Source of the DNA: Candidatus Zambryskibacteria bacterium RIFCSPHIGHO2_01_FULL_43_25
Lineage (GTDB): Bacteria; Patescibacteriota; Minisyncoccia; Phycocordibacterales; Zambryskibacteraceae
Direction of reading: 5' to 3'
Assembly: GCA_001823695.1 (NCBI GenBank)
Contig: MHVD01000002.1
Coordinates: forward strand, 15,215 to 79,214
Length of the DNA stretch: 64,000 nucleotides
Below, piece after piece: positions 1-8,476 of this stretch (within the stretch, counting starts at the first letter, position 1; every line of letters begins with the position of its first letter). The translations under genes were made by a program, and so were the position numbers. The notes under the pieces were generated by a model. The model worked only from the letters and a program-made list of their open reading frames with translations, was not told where the DNA came from and did no database searches.

Positions 1-680
1 GCACTAAATACGCATCATTTATAAAAGCCCTTAGAACAAAGAAGGGCATTTCGCAGTTAGTAGTAGCCGAAAAACTCGGACTTTCACGTCAATCCTACAT
101 GGCTGTAGAGCGTGGAATACGCGAAATGACATTACAGGAAGCAGAAAAACTATGCGAACTGTATGGCATTTCAATTGAAGAACTTTCAAAAGTAACTGCT
201 CCGCAGTATGAAAAATACAAGCAGATGATTCTTGCGTATCTCAAATCTCCAGTATCAACAGATGGACGAGTGCCGAAAACGAAACTTGCAAAACTTCTCT
301 ATCTTGCCGACTTTGCTTGGTATTACAAAAAACTGGAAAGCATGAGTGGAATGCAGTACTTACGTCGTGCCTACGGGCCGGTCCCTGATTCGTACTTCCG
401 TGCGCTCGACGAACTTGAGGAGGAAGGAAAGATAACGATAGATCGCAAGGGAGAAGCAATGCTTGTGTCTATTGGTGCGGGAGCAATCCGTCATAAGCTT
501 GATCTTCTGCAAGGTGAAGAAGTAGAGCTTATGAAAAAGATTTCCACAAAATGGAAAGGTAAAAGAACTCAGGAAATTGTCGATTTTACGCATGAACAGC
601 TCCCGTACAAACTGTGTGCGCCGGATGAGGTTATTCCTTACGAACTAATCACACAGGAAAATCAGGAGTATGTCTACTAA
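1..680 (+). CDS. HTH_XRE-Panacea (DUF4065/SocA-like) antitoxin-type protein, 5' partial (continues upstream of window)
   Basis: ORF frame is open back to nt 3. The upstream part translates to ...GISQLVVAEKLGLSRQSYMAVERG..., a typical HTH_3/XRE. The C-terminal part KLAKLLYLADFAWYYKKLESMSGMQYLRRAYGPVPDSYF matches the Panacea/DUF4065 core. The 3' end overlaps the next ORF. Confidence 0.6.
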   Translation, partial: TKYASFIKALRTKKGISQLVVAEKLGLSRQSYMAVERGIREMTLQEAEKLCELYGISIEELSKVTAPQYEKYKQMILAYLKSPVSTDGRVPKTKLAKLLYLADFAWYYKKLESMSGMQYLRRAYGPVPDSYFRALDELEEEGKITIDRKGEAMLVSIGAGAIRHKLDLLQGEEVELMKKISTKWKGKRTQEIVDFTHEQLPYKLCAPDEVIPYELITQENQEYVY

Positions 681-1065
681 TTATGCGGTCATTGTAGAAA
701 AATTTGCCGAACGACATTACATCTCAAAATTTAAGAAAAAGCATAAAAATGCTTGGGATATTACATGGAACGCTATCGCAGAGCAATTTAAGCGCATAGA
801 ATCACTAATCGGAATTAATAGTATTGTGGAGATAATCTGCGATGCTGGCGACATAAAGATTTGTAAAACAGAATTTCGAATCGCAGGGCCTGGAAAATCT
901 AGGCATGCTTCGGGGAATAGGTGCATTATCGTGGTGCAGAAAAGTAGCGCGGTTGTACATGTGCTTCTTGTATACTCAAAAGGAGACATTGGTGGGACGA
1001 ATGAGACAACAGGGTGGAAAACAGTTATAAAAGATAACTACCCAGCGTATAGAGCTCTTTTATAA
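670..1065 (+). CDS. RelE/ParE-fold toxin candidate, translationally coupled to the upstream Panacea protein
   Basis: ATG at 670 overlaps the stop of the upstream gene by 11 nt, with AGGAG 5 nt upstream. The C-terminal block IKICKTEFRIAG...GNRCIIVVQKSSAVVHVLLVYSKGD resembles the RelE motif KIKLR..GYRLVYQV..VVVFVISVGKRE. Confidence 0.45.
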   Translation: MSTNYAVIVEKFAERHYISKFKKKHKNAWDITWNAIAEQFKRIESLIGINSIVEIICDAGDIKICKTEFRIAGPGKSRHASGNRCIIVVQKSSAVVHVLLVYSKGDIGGTNETTGWKTVIKDNYPAYRALL

Positions 1066-1147
1066 GTTCGGATAGTCAACGGTATTTTCTCCCTTATCCG
1101 AACAGCTAGTTCAACAAGTAATTGCACCACTTCTGTAAAATGAAGTG

Positions 1148-1282
1148 ATGAAATATAAACATTTTTCAATTGAGGAACGCGAACAAATCCAGGAATTTGT
1201 CTGGCAGAGAGTATCTCTGCGGAAATTTGAAGAGTTTTTTGTTTTTTTGTTGACTTTTATAGCTATTTTACTAACATTCTGA
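1148..1282 (+). pseudogene. Possible degraded IS30-family transposase N-terminal fragment (44 codons)
   Basis: Translation MKYKHFSIEEREQIQEFVWQRVSLRKFEE... resembles the conserved M-x-Y-T-H-L-T-x-x-E-R-x-x-I start of IS30-family transposases. It is truncated and has no catalytic region. Confidence 0.2.
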
Positions 1283-1321
1283 TTAGGCATAGTACACAGA
1301 GAACTGAATAGGAGGTGGCAC

Positions 1322-2095
1322 TTGACCACGTCTTTGTTTTGGCAGCTCTTTGCCGAGAAAAAGCCGATCATCGCAATGGTTCATGTCTTCGATGGTAAAC
1401 GTCAACGGCAACTTGACCAAGCCCTTGAAGACACTGAACGGCTCCAGCGGGGTGGTGTAGATGCACTACTCGTAGAGAACTATGACTGCGGGTATCTCGA
1501 CGCGAACTGTGCTACTGATGAGATGGCGGAACGGCTCGCCGAAATCGCCATCGCAGTCAAGAAGCACTCGAAAGTCCCCGTCGGCATCAACATCCTCCCG
1601 AATGATTACTGGAAGTCGTTCTCGGTAGCACTTTCTACTGGCGGCGTGTTCATCCAGATGGACCACATCACCGGCGACTTCGGTGGTTGCGAGTCGGTTG
1701 ATCCTGATGATTACCTAGCAACACGAGAGTGCTATCGTAGCGTCGCGGTCTTCGGCGGCATTCATCCCAAATACTATGAGCTCCTAGAGCCGACTTGCTC
1801 ACTCGCGGAATGCGCAAGGAAAGCAATGTCGCTTGCGGACGCAGTGGTAGTAACTGGGCAAGTCACAGGTGATCCTGCGACTCTTGATGACCTTCGCGTT
1901 GCGCGGGAGGCAATAGGCGAGCATCCTCTCGTCATAGGAAGTGGCCTGACTCCACAGAATGTACAGGCGCAACTTGCTATTGCTGACGGCGCGATTGTTG
2001 GCACAGCATTCAAGAGGAGTGGTGTGCGGCCCAGTGAGCCGGTTGATGTTGAGTTGGTCAAGCAACTTATGGACGAAGTTGCGAAGTTACGATAA
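1322..2095 (+). CDS. BtpA/SgcQ-family (TIM-barrel) protein on a GC-rich (~58% GC) island
   Basis: TTG start preceded by AGGAGGTGG. Motifs such as IIAMVHV...GVDALLVEN are BtpA-like. Codon usage is GC3-rich, unlike the neighbouring genes. Confidence 0.5.
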   Translation: MTTSLFWQLFAEKKPIIAMVHVFDGKRQRQLDQALEDTERLQRGGVDALLVENYDCGYLDANCATDEMAERLAEIAIAVKKHSKVPVGINILPNDYWKSFSVALSTGGVFIQMDHITGDFGGCESVDPDDYLATRECYRSVAVFGGIHPKYYELLEPTCSLAECARKAMSLADAVVVTGQVTGDPATLDDLRVAREAIGEHPLVIGSGLTPQNVQAQLAIADGAIVGTAFKRSGVRPSEPVDVELVKQLMDEVAKLR

Positions 2096-2108
2096 ACACA
2101 GTCAGTAC

Positions 2109-2146
2109 GGGGCGTCTCGATGCGTCGAGCGCCCTTTCTGTTTCTT
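2109..2146 (+). terminator. Intrinsic terminator after the BtpA-like gene
   Basis: GC stem ggggcgtctcga / tcgagcgccc followed by tttctgtttctt. Confidence 0.5.
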
Positions 2147-2201
2147 AACTTTGATTTTAATGTGTTATAATTTGATATATATAAGCTAATTTAAAAACAA
2201 T

Positions 2202-2408
2202 ATGTTTTTTGGATACCTTCTTGTTGTTGTAGGTTCCTGGTTCTTCCTTGAGAACATGGGAGTAATCGCCGAGTTGCCGACAGGACTCTATTGGCCGGTA
2301 GTTGTCATCATTATCGGTTTGTGGATGGTTGGCAAGCGCAAGGGCTACTGGTGTGACCATGGAAAACATGGAAACTGCGATAAATGTGGCAAGGGTGGAA
2401 TGAACTAG
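2202..2408 (+). CDS. Small 2-TM membrane protein with Cys/His-rich C-terminal tail
   Basis: Two hydrophobic helices and a KRKGYWCDHGKHGNCDKCGKGG tail. Confidence 0.35.
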   Translation: MFFGYLLVVVGSWFFLENMGVIAELPTGLYWPVVVIIIGLWMVGKRKGYWCDHGKHGNCDKCGKGGMN

Positions 2409-2416
2409 CAGTTTTG

Positions 2417-2857
2417 ATGTCAGAAGATAAAAAAATCTCCGAAGAGGAAATCAAAGAGAAGCTTTCCGCTGAAGCATATAATGTGCTTCGCCGAGGCGGG
2501 ACAGAGGCGCCATTTTCCGGCGAATATGTTCATACCAAAGATAGGGGAATGTATAAGTGCAGGGTGTGCGGCTCGCAACTTTTCTCGTCTGATACGAAGT
2601 TTGATTCTGGCACTGGCTGGCCGAGCTTTGACTCGGCAATACCTGGAAGCGTTGAGTTCGTAGAAGACCGCTCTTATGGCATGGCGAGGGCAGAAGTCAG
2701 GTGCAAGAAGTGCGGTTCTCATTTGGGCCATGTGTTTGACGAACCTTCGGCAAGCTCAGGACAGGTGGATGGCCAGATACTTCGTCAAGACGGCAAACCA
2801 GTAACAAAAAGGTATTGTATAAACTCGGTATGTCTGGACCTGGAGAAAGACAAGTAA
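2417..2857 (+). CDS. msrB: Peptide-methionine (R)-S-oxide reductase MsrB
   Basis: RGGTEAPFSGEY...CRVCGSQLF...GWPSF...RCKKCGSHLGHVFDE...RYCINS is the classic SelR/MsrB signature with two CxxC pairs. ATG at 2417 chosen over the overlapping upstream in-frame start. Confidence 0.85.
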   Translation: MSEDKKISEEEIKEKLSAEAYNVLRRGGTEAPFSGEYVHTKDRGMYKCRVCGSQLFSSDTKFDSGTGWPSFDSAIPGSVEFVEDRSYGMARAEVRCKKCGSHLGHVFDEPSASSGQVDGQILRQDGKPVTKRYCINSVCLDLEKDK

Positions 2858-2944
2858 AAATTTCTAATTAACCCGAACAATTTTTACTTTATAAAATTTG
2901 AACGGGCAAGCCTAGTTTCTAATTGACCTAAAATAATAAAAAAC

Positions 2945-3565
2945 ATGACAAACAACAAAGGAACAAAATTTTTAATAAGTTTGCTTGTTGTCATCATAAT
3001 TATTCTGGCCGCTTTTTTGTTTCGGGACAAATTCTCCAAAAAGGAAGTTGTGCCGGAAGGCAGCGTGCTGGAGACCAAAGTTGCCGAAAAAGAAGTTTTT
3101 ACAAATGAAAAATACGGTTTCTCCCTGTCATTTAAAAGTAGTTTATCCGCAAAAAAATTGAGTGATAGGCAATTTTCAATAATTAACGGCGGTGAAGAGG
3201 TAGTTCTGGAAGGAGTGGTTCTGGACAATGCTGGAGAATCTGAGCTTCAAAGTTATGAAGAATTTGTCTTGGACAGTTCAAGACTTCTGTGCGCCGAACA
3301 GCTTGAATCAGAATCCAAATGTTTGCTCATAGAGGATATTAGCTCCTTTACCTCCAGCGCGGGAGTAACGGGCGAGATATTTTATATTCGCGGCATTGAG
3401 CCAAATAGTGGAGACCTGCGCGGGCCGGTCTTTGCTTTTAATGTCTCGGACGAAAGCTCGGGGACAGTAAGCGCCCTGCTCATCTTTAGCCCGTTTAATC
3501 AGACTTTTTCCCAAGGTCGCGACGGCTTGGTGCGGGAGATTGTTGACACTGTTGAGATTGATTAA
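2945..3565 (+). CDS. Hypothetical exported/membrane-anchored protein
   Basis: N-terminal TM/signal-anchor LISLLVVIIIILAAFLF. No recognisable domain. Confidence 0.4.
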   Translation: MTNNKGTKFLISLLVVIIIILAAFLFRDKFSKKEVVPEGSVLETKVAEKEVFTNEKYGFSLSFKSSLSAKKLSDRQFSIINGGEEVVLEGVVLDNAGESELQSYEEFVLDSSRLLCAEQLESESKCLLIEDISSFTSSAGVTGEIFYIRGIEPNSGDLRGPVFAFNVSDESSGTVSALLIFSPFNQTFSQGRDGLVREIVDTVEID

Positions 3566-3593
3566 ACCACAGTCGGTGGATAGTGCTTTTGAC

Positions 3594-3622
3594 TTTTGTT
3601 CCAAATCTGGTAGAATAGCTCC
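3594..3622 (+). promoter_or_regulatory. Sigma70-like promoter (TTGACT-17-TGgTAGAAT) with a long leader for the RRM gene
   Basis: ttgacttttgttccaaatctggtagaat. Confidence 0.4.
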
Positions 3623-3748
3623 TATGTAAGTTGTGTCTCCCAGGGTTTTCTTAGGGTGTGTACGCATTTGTGTCTCATCGAGAAAAAAGCAAGAGAGTTT
3701 CTAGTCGCCTTACATCAGTAGAAGTAAAAGACTAGACAAGTAAGTTAA

Positions 3749-4012
3749 ATGAACAAGAGATTGTTTGTCGGCGGTATTCCGTGGGCGGCTACAGAAGATG
3801 AGCTTCGTAGCGCCTTTGAGAAAGCCGGCACTATCGTTGACCTTCAGATCAGGAGAGATCCTACGAGGGACAATCAGTCGAAAGGTTTCGGCTTTGTCGA
3901 AATGGCGACTGATGAGGAGGCCCAAGCGGCTATTGATCTGCTCAATGGAAAAGACTTCCAGGGCAGAACTCTGACTGTCAATGAAGCTCGTCCGATGAGA
4001 CGACCAGAATAA
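3749..4012 (+). CDS. RRM-type RNA-binding protein (RNP-1 motif KGFGFVEM)
   Basis: LFVGGIPWAATEDELRSAFEKAG...KGFGFVEM...AIDLLNGKDFQGRTLTVNEA is a canonical RRM. Confidence 0.8.
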   Translation: MNKRLFVGGIPWAATEDELRSAFEKAGTIVDLQIRRDPTRDNQSKGFGFVEMATDEEAQAAIDLLNGKDFQGRTLTVNEARPMRRPE

Positions 4013-4026
4013 GTAGATATTCTTGC

Positions 4027-4068
4027 AAAACCCCTCGCGCCGCCACTGGCGGACTGCGAGGGGTTTTG
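4027..4068 (+). terminator. Intrinsic terminator
   Basis: aaaacccctcgc...gcgaggggttttgta, an 8-bp GC stem with a U-tail. Confidence 0.7.
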
Positions 4069-4085
4069 TATTATTATAGTTATAT

Positions 4086-5183
4086 ATGGATGCCGGTAAT
4101 TTACTTGTATTGTCTATCATTGTTGTTTTGGTTCCTTATTTCCGGCGGATGTTTTTTTATAACCAGGAATCGCATAAGGAGCCAAGGCCCACAGGTGACA
4201 GGTTGCCTGTATTTGATTTCCTAAGGGGCGTTGCGATAATGGCCGTGGTAATTATCCACGTCGCCTGGGTTTATATTTTGAGCAATCCCGACAGAAGCGA
4301 CATCTTCTTGTTTTTTGTAAACAATGTCTCCCGTTTTGCCATATCAATATTCTTTATTGTTTCTGGCGCACTGCTTCAAATCGGCGATCTGTCTCTTAAG
4401 AGTTTGGCAAAATTTTACAGGACGAAACTAATAAGAGTATTTTTGCCCTATATTTTGGTCGTATCTTTCCTATCTTTCTATTTCCAGGATTCTTTCAGCG
4501 AGTTTGCTTACAATTTACTGACGGGAAACTCCTTACCGCCGTTTTATTTTATTATTATACTTTTGCAGTTCTATATTATATTTCCGTTTCTTTCAAAGTT
4601 TCGCACCAACAAATATCTTTTGCCGATAAGTTTTGTCATTTCTTGGGTCTCTTTTCTAGTGCCCGCTCTTCTTAGTCTCGGCGGGGTTCCGTTTTTCGGG
4701 CAATATTTGTTCTTTTTTGCATACGGTCTTACTCACCGAAACCAGCTTATTGCCGAATCAGCCAAAAAAGGAATTGATAAGAAGAAAATTAAATTGTGTT
4801 CAGTCCTTGTATTGCTGTACTTGTTGATTTGTCTTCTTGACCCAGGATATTATTACAACACCCAGCTGATCTATGGAACTGCCGTTTTCGTGATTCTCTT
4901 TGAGATATACAAAAAATATTATTCCGGACTTATCGCAAAACTTTTTGTATTATTCGGAAGTTTGAGCTTGTGGATCTTTTTGCTCCATTTCCCGATTACG
5001 GAAATGTTTACAATAAAAATTCCAGCTCTAGTCGGTGAATTTTATCCAGCTTTTTACATATCGGCAATATTGTCATTAGTTTTCAGTCTAGCCGTTGCCT
5101 TTGTTGCGAGCCGTCTTTTCTCTTTTATAAAAAAATACCTGATGTCTTATACTTTAGATTATAATAAGTCTATCAATGAATAA
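4086..5183 (+). CDS. Acyltransferase 3 (OafA/YrhL-like) family membrane protein
   Basis: About 10 TM segments. N-terminal RLPVFDFLRGVAIMAVVIIHV matches the acyl_transf_3 start. Confidence 0.6.
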   Translation: MDAGNLLVLSIIVVLVPYFRRMFFYNQESHKEPRPTGDRLPVFDFLRGVAIMAVVIIHVAWVYILSNPDRSDIFLFFVNNVSRFAISIFFIVSGALLQIGDLSLKSLAKFYRTKLIRVFLPYILVVSFLSFYFQDSFSEFAYNLLTGNSLPPFYFIIILLQFYIIFPFLSKFRTNKYLLPISFVISWVSFLVPALLSLGGVPFFGQYLFFFAYGLTHRNQLIAESAKKGIDKKKIKLCSVLVLLYLLICLLDPGYYYNTQLIYGTAVFVILFEIYKKYYSGLIAKLFVLFGSLSLWIFLLHFPITEMFTIKIPALVGEFYPAFYISAILSLVFSLAVAFVASRLFSFIKKYLMSYTLDYNKSINE

Positions 5184-5646
5184 TAGCCGTCAGTTAATAG
5201 TAATTGGAATAATTTTTCTCATTGCTGTTATTCTGTTTGGTTTTTTTGCCCTGAAGCATGACGGCCGCGATGTAGGGAATAATTCCCTTGAATTCACCGA
5301 TAGGATACAAGTAGGGGATGACTTTATCAATGTGGCAATTGCCGACTCTCCGGAAGAACAGGCGAAGGGGTTATCGGACCAGTTGCCAATTGAGAGCCAT
5401 CAGGGTTTGCTGATCACCTTTCAGTCAAGCGGAATATATAGCATATGGATGAAGGACATGAAATTTGCTTTGGATGCAATCTGGATAGATAAAAATGGAG
5501 AAGTTGTTGATATAAAAACCAATTTAACTCCGGAAACGTATCCGGCGGTGTTTACTCCAAGGGTTCCGGCTTTGTATATATTGGAAATTCCGGCTGGTTC
5601 GGTCGAAAATTTCGGCATAAAAATAGGAGACAAGGTGGTTTTTTGA
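5176..5646 (+). CDS. DUF192-domain protein
   Basis: Signal anchor followed by ...AIADSPEEQAKGLSD...IWMKDMKFALDAIWIDKNGEVVDI...ALYILEIPAG, the DUF192/COG1430 pattern. Confidence 0.6.
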   Translation: MNNSRQLIVIGIIFLIAVILFGFFALKHDGRDVGNNSLEFTDRIQVGDDFINVAIADSPEEQAKGLSDQLPIESHQGLLITFQSSGIYSIWMKDMKFALDAIWIDKNGEVVDIKTNLTPETYPAVFTPRVPALYILEIPAGSVENFGIKIGDKVVF

Positions 5647-5920
5647 GATATCTATCAATCTTTTCGGCTTGCCCCGTTAGATAAATACTAAAATATCACC
5701 GTTTGTCTGACATGTTTTATTGCCGACGTAGAGCGAGGGTGCTGGAAAGTCAGCAGACTTTCCAGCACCGAGCCGAGGAGAGCAAAAAAAGGTTTAATGC
5801 CCCGCCCCTCTGGGGCGAACCCGTGCGAGCTCTCCGCCGGCTGGCGGAGAGCTCCAAATCGGGCCCAAGGTCCTGCCCTGGGGTTAATACCTTTTATTTA
5901 ATGGGGTATAATAAATACGT

Positions 5921-6946
5921 ATGCAAAAAATCAAAGTTGCTGTAAACGGTGCGGGACGCATAGGCCGTGCTTTCATAAAGTTGGCCATTGAGAGGGAAGA
6001 AATAGAAATCGTCGCCGTGAATGATCTCGGCGATATTGAAAATATAGCTTATTTAATTAAGTACGATTCCGTTTACGGCAAGGCGCCGTTTGAAGTGTCT
6101 GTTGAAAGTGATGTTCTTAATCTGGGCGGGAAGAGGATAAAATTTATTTCTGAAAAAGAACCCGCAAAGTTGCCATGGGCCGAGCTTGGCATTGATGTCG
6201 CGGTGGAATCAACCGGTTTTTTTGTTACTTATGAAGAAGCAAAGACTCACCTTGATGCAGGGGCAAAGAGAGTGATAGTTACCGCTCCCATGAAAGATGA
6301 CCCGCATCCGGAAATCCCCGGGGCCACTGTGCTTATGGGTGTCAATGAGTCGCAACTCTCAACTTGTGTTATAAGTTCAAATGCCTCTTGCACTACAAAT
6401 GCGGCAAGTCCACTTATAGCAATTCTTGATGAAGCGTTAGGTATTGAGAAGGCGGTTCTAAACACCGCGCACGCCATGACAAACAGCCAGCCCACGGTGG
6501 ATGGGCCGAACAAACATAATGTTCGGGAAGGAAGAGCCGCTTCGCACAATATCGTGCCGAACACAACGGGTGCGGCAATCGCGGTTACGAAAGCTTTTCC
6601 CAAGCTCTCCGGCCTTTTTGACGGGGTGGCTATGCGGGTTCCTGTAATCGCCGGTTCAATGGTGGATGTTACGTTTATCTCAAAGAAAATGACCAGTAAA
6701 GAAGAGGTGAATGAGATACTGAAAAATGCATCTAAAGAAGAACGTTGGAAGAAGGTTTTCTCCGTTACCGAAGAAGAGCTGGTATCAAGCGACATAATAG
6801 GGAGTCGCTATGGCGCTATAGCAGATTTGTCCCTCACCCGGGTTGTCGGCGGCAATCTAGTGAAAGTTCTGGCGTGGTATGACAACGAAATGGGGTATAC
6901 ATATACTCTTTTGGAACATGTGGTGAAAGCAGGCCAGGGAATATAA
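5921..6946 (+). CDS. gap: Glyceraldehyde-3-phosphate dehydrogenase, type I
   Basis: NGAGRIGR Rossmann motif and SNASCTTNAASPL catalytic Cys motif. A TATAAT sits 8 nt upstream of the ATG (leaderless or near-leaderless). Confidence 0.95.
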   Translation: MQKIKVAVNGAGRIGRAFIKLAIEREEIEIVAVNDLGDIENIAYLIKYDSVYGKAPFEVSVESDVLNLGGKRIKFISEKEPAKLPWAELGIDVAVESTGFFVTYEEAKTHLDAGAKRVIVTAPMKDDPHPEIPGATVLMGVNESQLSTCVISSNASCTTNAASPLIAILDEALGIEKAVLNTAHAMTNSQPTVDGPNKHNVREGRAASHNIVPNTTGAAIAVTKAFPKLSGLFDGVAMRVPVIAGSMVDVTFISKKMTSKEEVNEILKNASKEERWKKVFSVTEEELVSSDIIGSRYGAIADLSLTRVVGGNLVKVLAWYDNEMGYTYTLLEHVVKAGQGI

Positions 6947-6951
6947 TTAGT

Positions 6952-7257
6952 ATGAAAAAATACAATAAATTGGTCAGGGATAGAATTCCGGAAACTCTTG
7001 ATTTGAAAGGTATACCATATGAAAAGAGGATTGCATCTACGGAGGAATATAGAAATGAACTCATAAAAAAACTCAAAGAAGAAGTGGATGAATTTATGAA
7101 AGAAGAAAGTATGGGTGAACTAGCTGATGTTGTGGAGGTTGTTGAATCACTAAAAATCTTGGATGAATTTAAAGACGTTGAAAAACTTAGAATTCAAAAG
7201 AAAGAAGAAAGAGGAGGATTTGATAAAAGAATAATTCTTAAGGGGGAAAAGGATTGA
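6952..7257 (+). CDS. MazG-like / phosphoribosyl-ATP pyrophosphohydrolase-like NTP pyrophosphatase
   Basis: KLVRDRIPE...EY...L..KL.EE..EF...EELADVVEV..SL pattern of small MazG-like proteins. Confidence 0.6.
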   Translation: MKKYNKLVRDRIPETLDLKGIPYEKRIASTEEYRNELIKKLKEEVDEFMKEESMGELADVVEVVESLKILDEFKDVEKLRIQKKEERGGFDKRIILKGEKD

Positions 7258-7277
7258 TATAATTAATTTTTAGTATA

Positions 7278-7748
7278 ATGAAAATCTTTATAGGTACAGA
7301 TCACGCCGGTTTAGCACAAAAAGAGAGAATAATCTCTTATCTAAAAGAAGCTGGTTATGAAGTGGTTGATTGCGGTGCTTATGAATATGATGAATCAGAT
7401 GACTACCCAGATTTTGTTATTCCTGTAGCCAGAGAAGTTTCCAGAAACCCGCAAGGCGTCAGAGGGGTGATTCTTGGCGGATCCGGACAGGGGGAAGCGA
7501 TGACGGCAAACAGGCTTCACCATGTCAGGGCGGCAGTTTACTATGGCGATAAGCGCTCTCTAACGAACAATATATCAATACTTGATCTGGCTAGGACCCA
7601 CAATGACGCGAATGTGCTGGCTTTGGGTGCGAGGTTCATTACAGACGAAGAAGCCGTAGATGCGGTGAGGTCTTGGCTTGAAATTCCATTTTCAAACGGC
7701 GAGCGGCATAAAAGAAGAATTGCCAAAATGGAGCGGGCGCACGAGTAG
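7278..7748 (+). CDS. rpiB: Ribose-5-phosphate isomerase B
   Basis: IFIGTDHAGLAQKERI...GVILGGSGQGEAMTANR is the RpiB/LacAB family signature. Confidence 0.85.
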   Translation: MKIFIGTDHAGLAQKERIISYLKEAGYEVVDCGAYEYDESDDYPDFVIPVAREVSRNPQGVRGVILGGSGQGEAMTANRLHHVRAAVYYGDKRSLTNNISILDLARTHNDANVLALGARFITDEEAVDAVRSWLEIPFSNGERHKRRIAKMERAHE

Positions 7749-7771
7749 TACTATAGCGAATTTCTAACGGG

Positions 7772-8476
7772 ATGGCAGATGTAATTCCAGCAATAATACC
7801 CAAAAGTTTTTCGGACTTGGAGGAGAAACTCTCCTTAGTCTCCGAGTTGGTGTCTTTTGTTCAAATTGACGTCTTGGACGGCCAATTAACTGCGGAAAAA
7901 TCCTGGCCAATGATTGATATACCGGACCCCGATTTTTCTAGAATTATAAAAGAGGAAGATAGCCTGCCTTTTTGGGAAAAATTGGATTTTGAAGTTGACT
8001 TAATGACCCTAAAACCCGAAACCCTAATTGACAACTGGGTTTTTGCCGGTGCAGCTAGGGTGATAGTCCACTATGAGTCTTTTCCGTCGGCGGATGTTGC
8101 CGAAAACACCATATCCGAATTTGTCAAAAAATTTTCAAACAAAGATTCGCTTATAAATACCGAAATTGGCGTCGCTCTAAATATTGATACGGATATTTCT
8201 GCCGTGGAAAAAATGATTGGAGAAATTAATTTTGTCCAACTTATGGGTATAGCGCACATTGGTTATCAGGGTGAGCCGTTTGATGAGAGGGTATTGGGTA
8301 AAGTAAGAAGTTTGCGGCAGAAGTACAGAGAACTTATAATTAGCATTGACGGCGGAGTGAATGAAGAGTCGGCGCCACGCTTGGTAGAAGCAGGGGCGAA
8401 TCGGCTCGTTGTCGGCTCTGCTTTGCTTAAAAGCGATAACATAAAAGGAACTTACGATTTCTTCAAAAACCTCTAA
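7772..8476 (+). CDS. rpe: Ribulose-phosphate 3-epimerase (divergent)
   Basis: IDVLDG near the N-terminus and ISIDGGVN...AGANRLVVGSALL at the C-terminus match Rpe. Stop overlaps the tkt start (TAATG). Confidence 0.65.
   Translation: MADVIPAIIPKSFSDLEEKLSLVSELVSFVQIDVLDGQLTAEKSWPMIDIPDPDFSRIIKEEDSLPFWEKLDFEVDLMTLKPETLIDNWVFAGAARVIVHYESFPSADVAENTISEFVKKFSNKDSLINTEIGVALNIDTDISAVEKMIGEINFVQLMGIAHIGYQGEPFDERVLGKVRSLRQKYRELIISIDGGVNEESAPRLVEAGANRLVVGSALLKSDNIKGTYDFFKNL

Noticed and set aside
1111-1371. 86-aa minus-strand ORF between the toxin and btpA-like genes
   Set aside because: Overlaps the btpA-like start and promoter region antisense, with no RBS.
5739-5770. SRP (4.5S) RNA domain IV hairpin
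   Set aside because: The stem is perfectly paired, whereas SRP RNA needs conserved symmetric and asymmetric internal loops and a GNRA loop. The AGCA loop and flanks do not match.
5703-5945. 80-aa ORF overlapping the GC-hairpin cluster and the gap start
   Set aside because: Low-complexity Arg-rich translation with no RBS, overlapping gap in another frame. The region is better explained as structured non-coding sequence.
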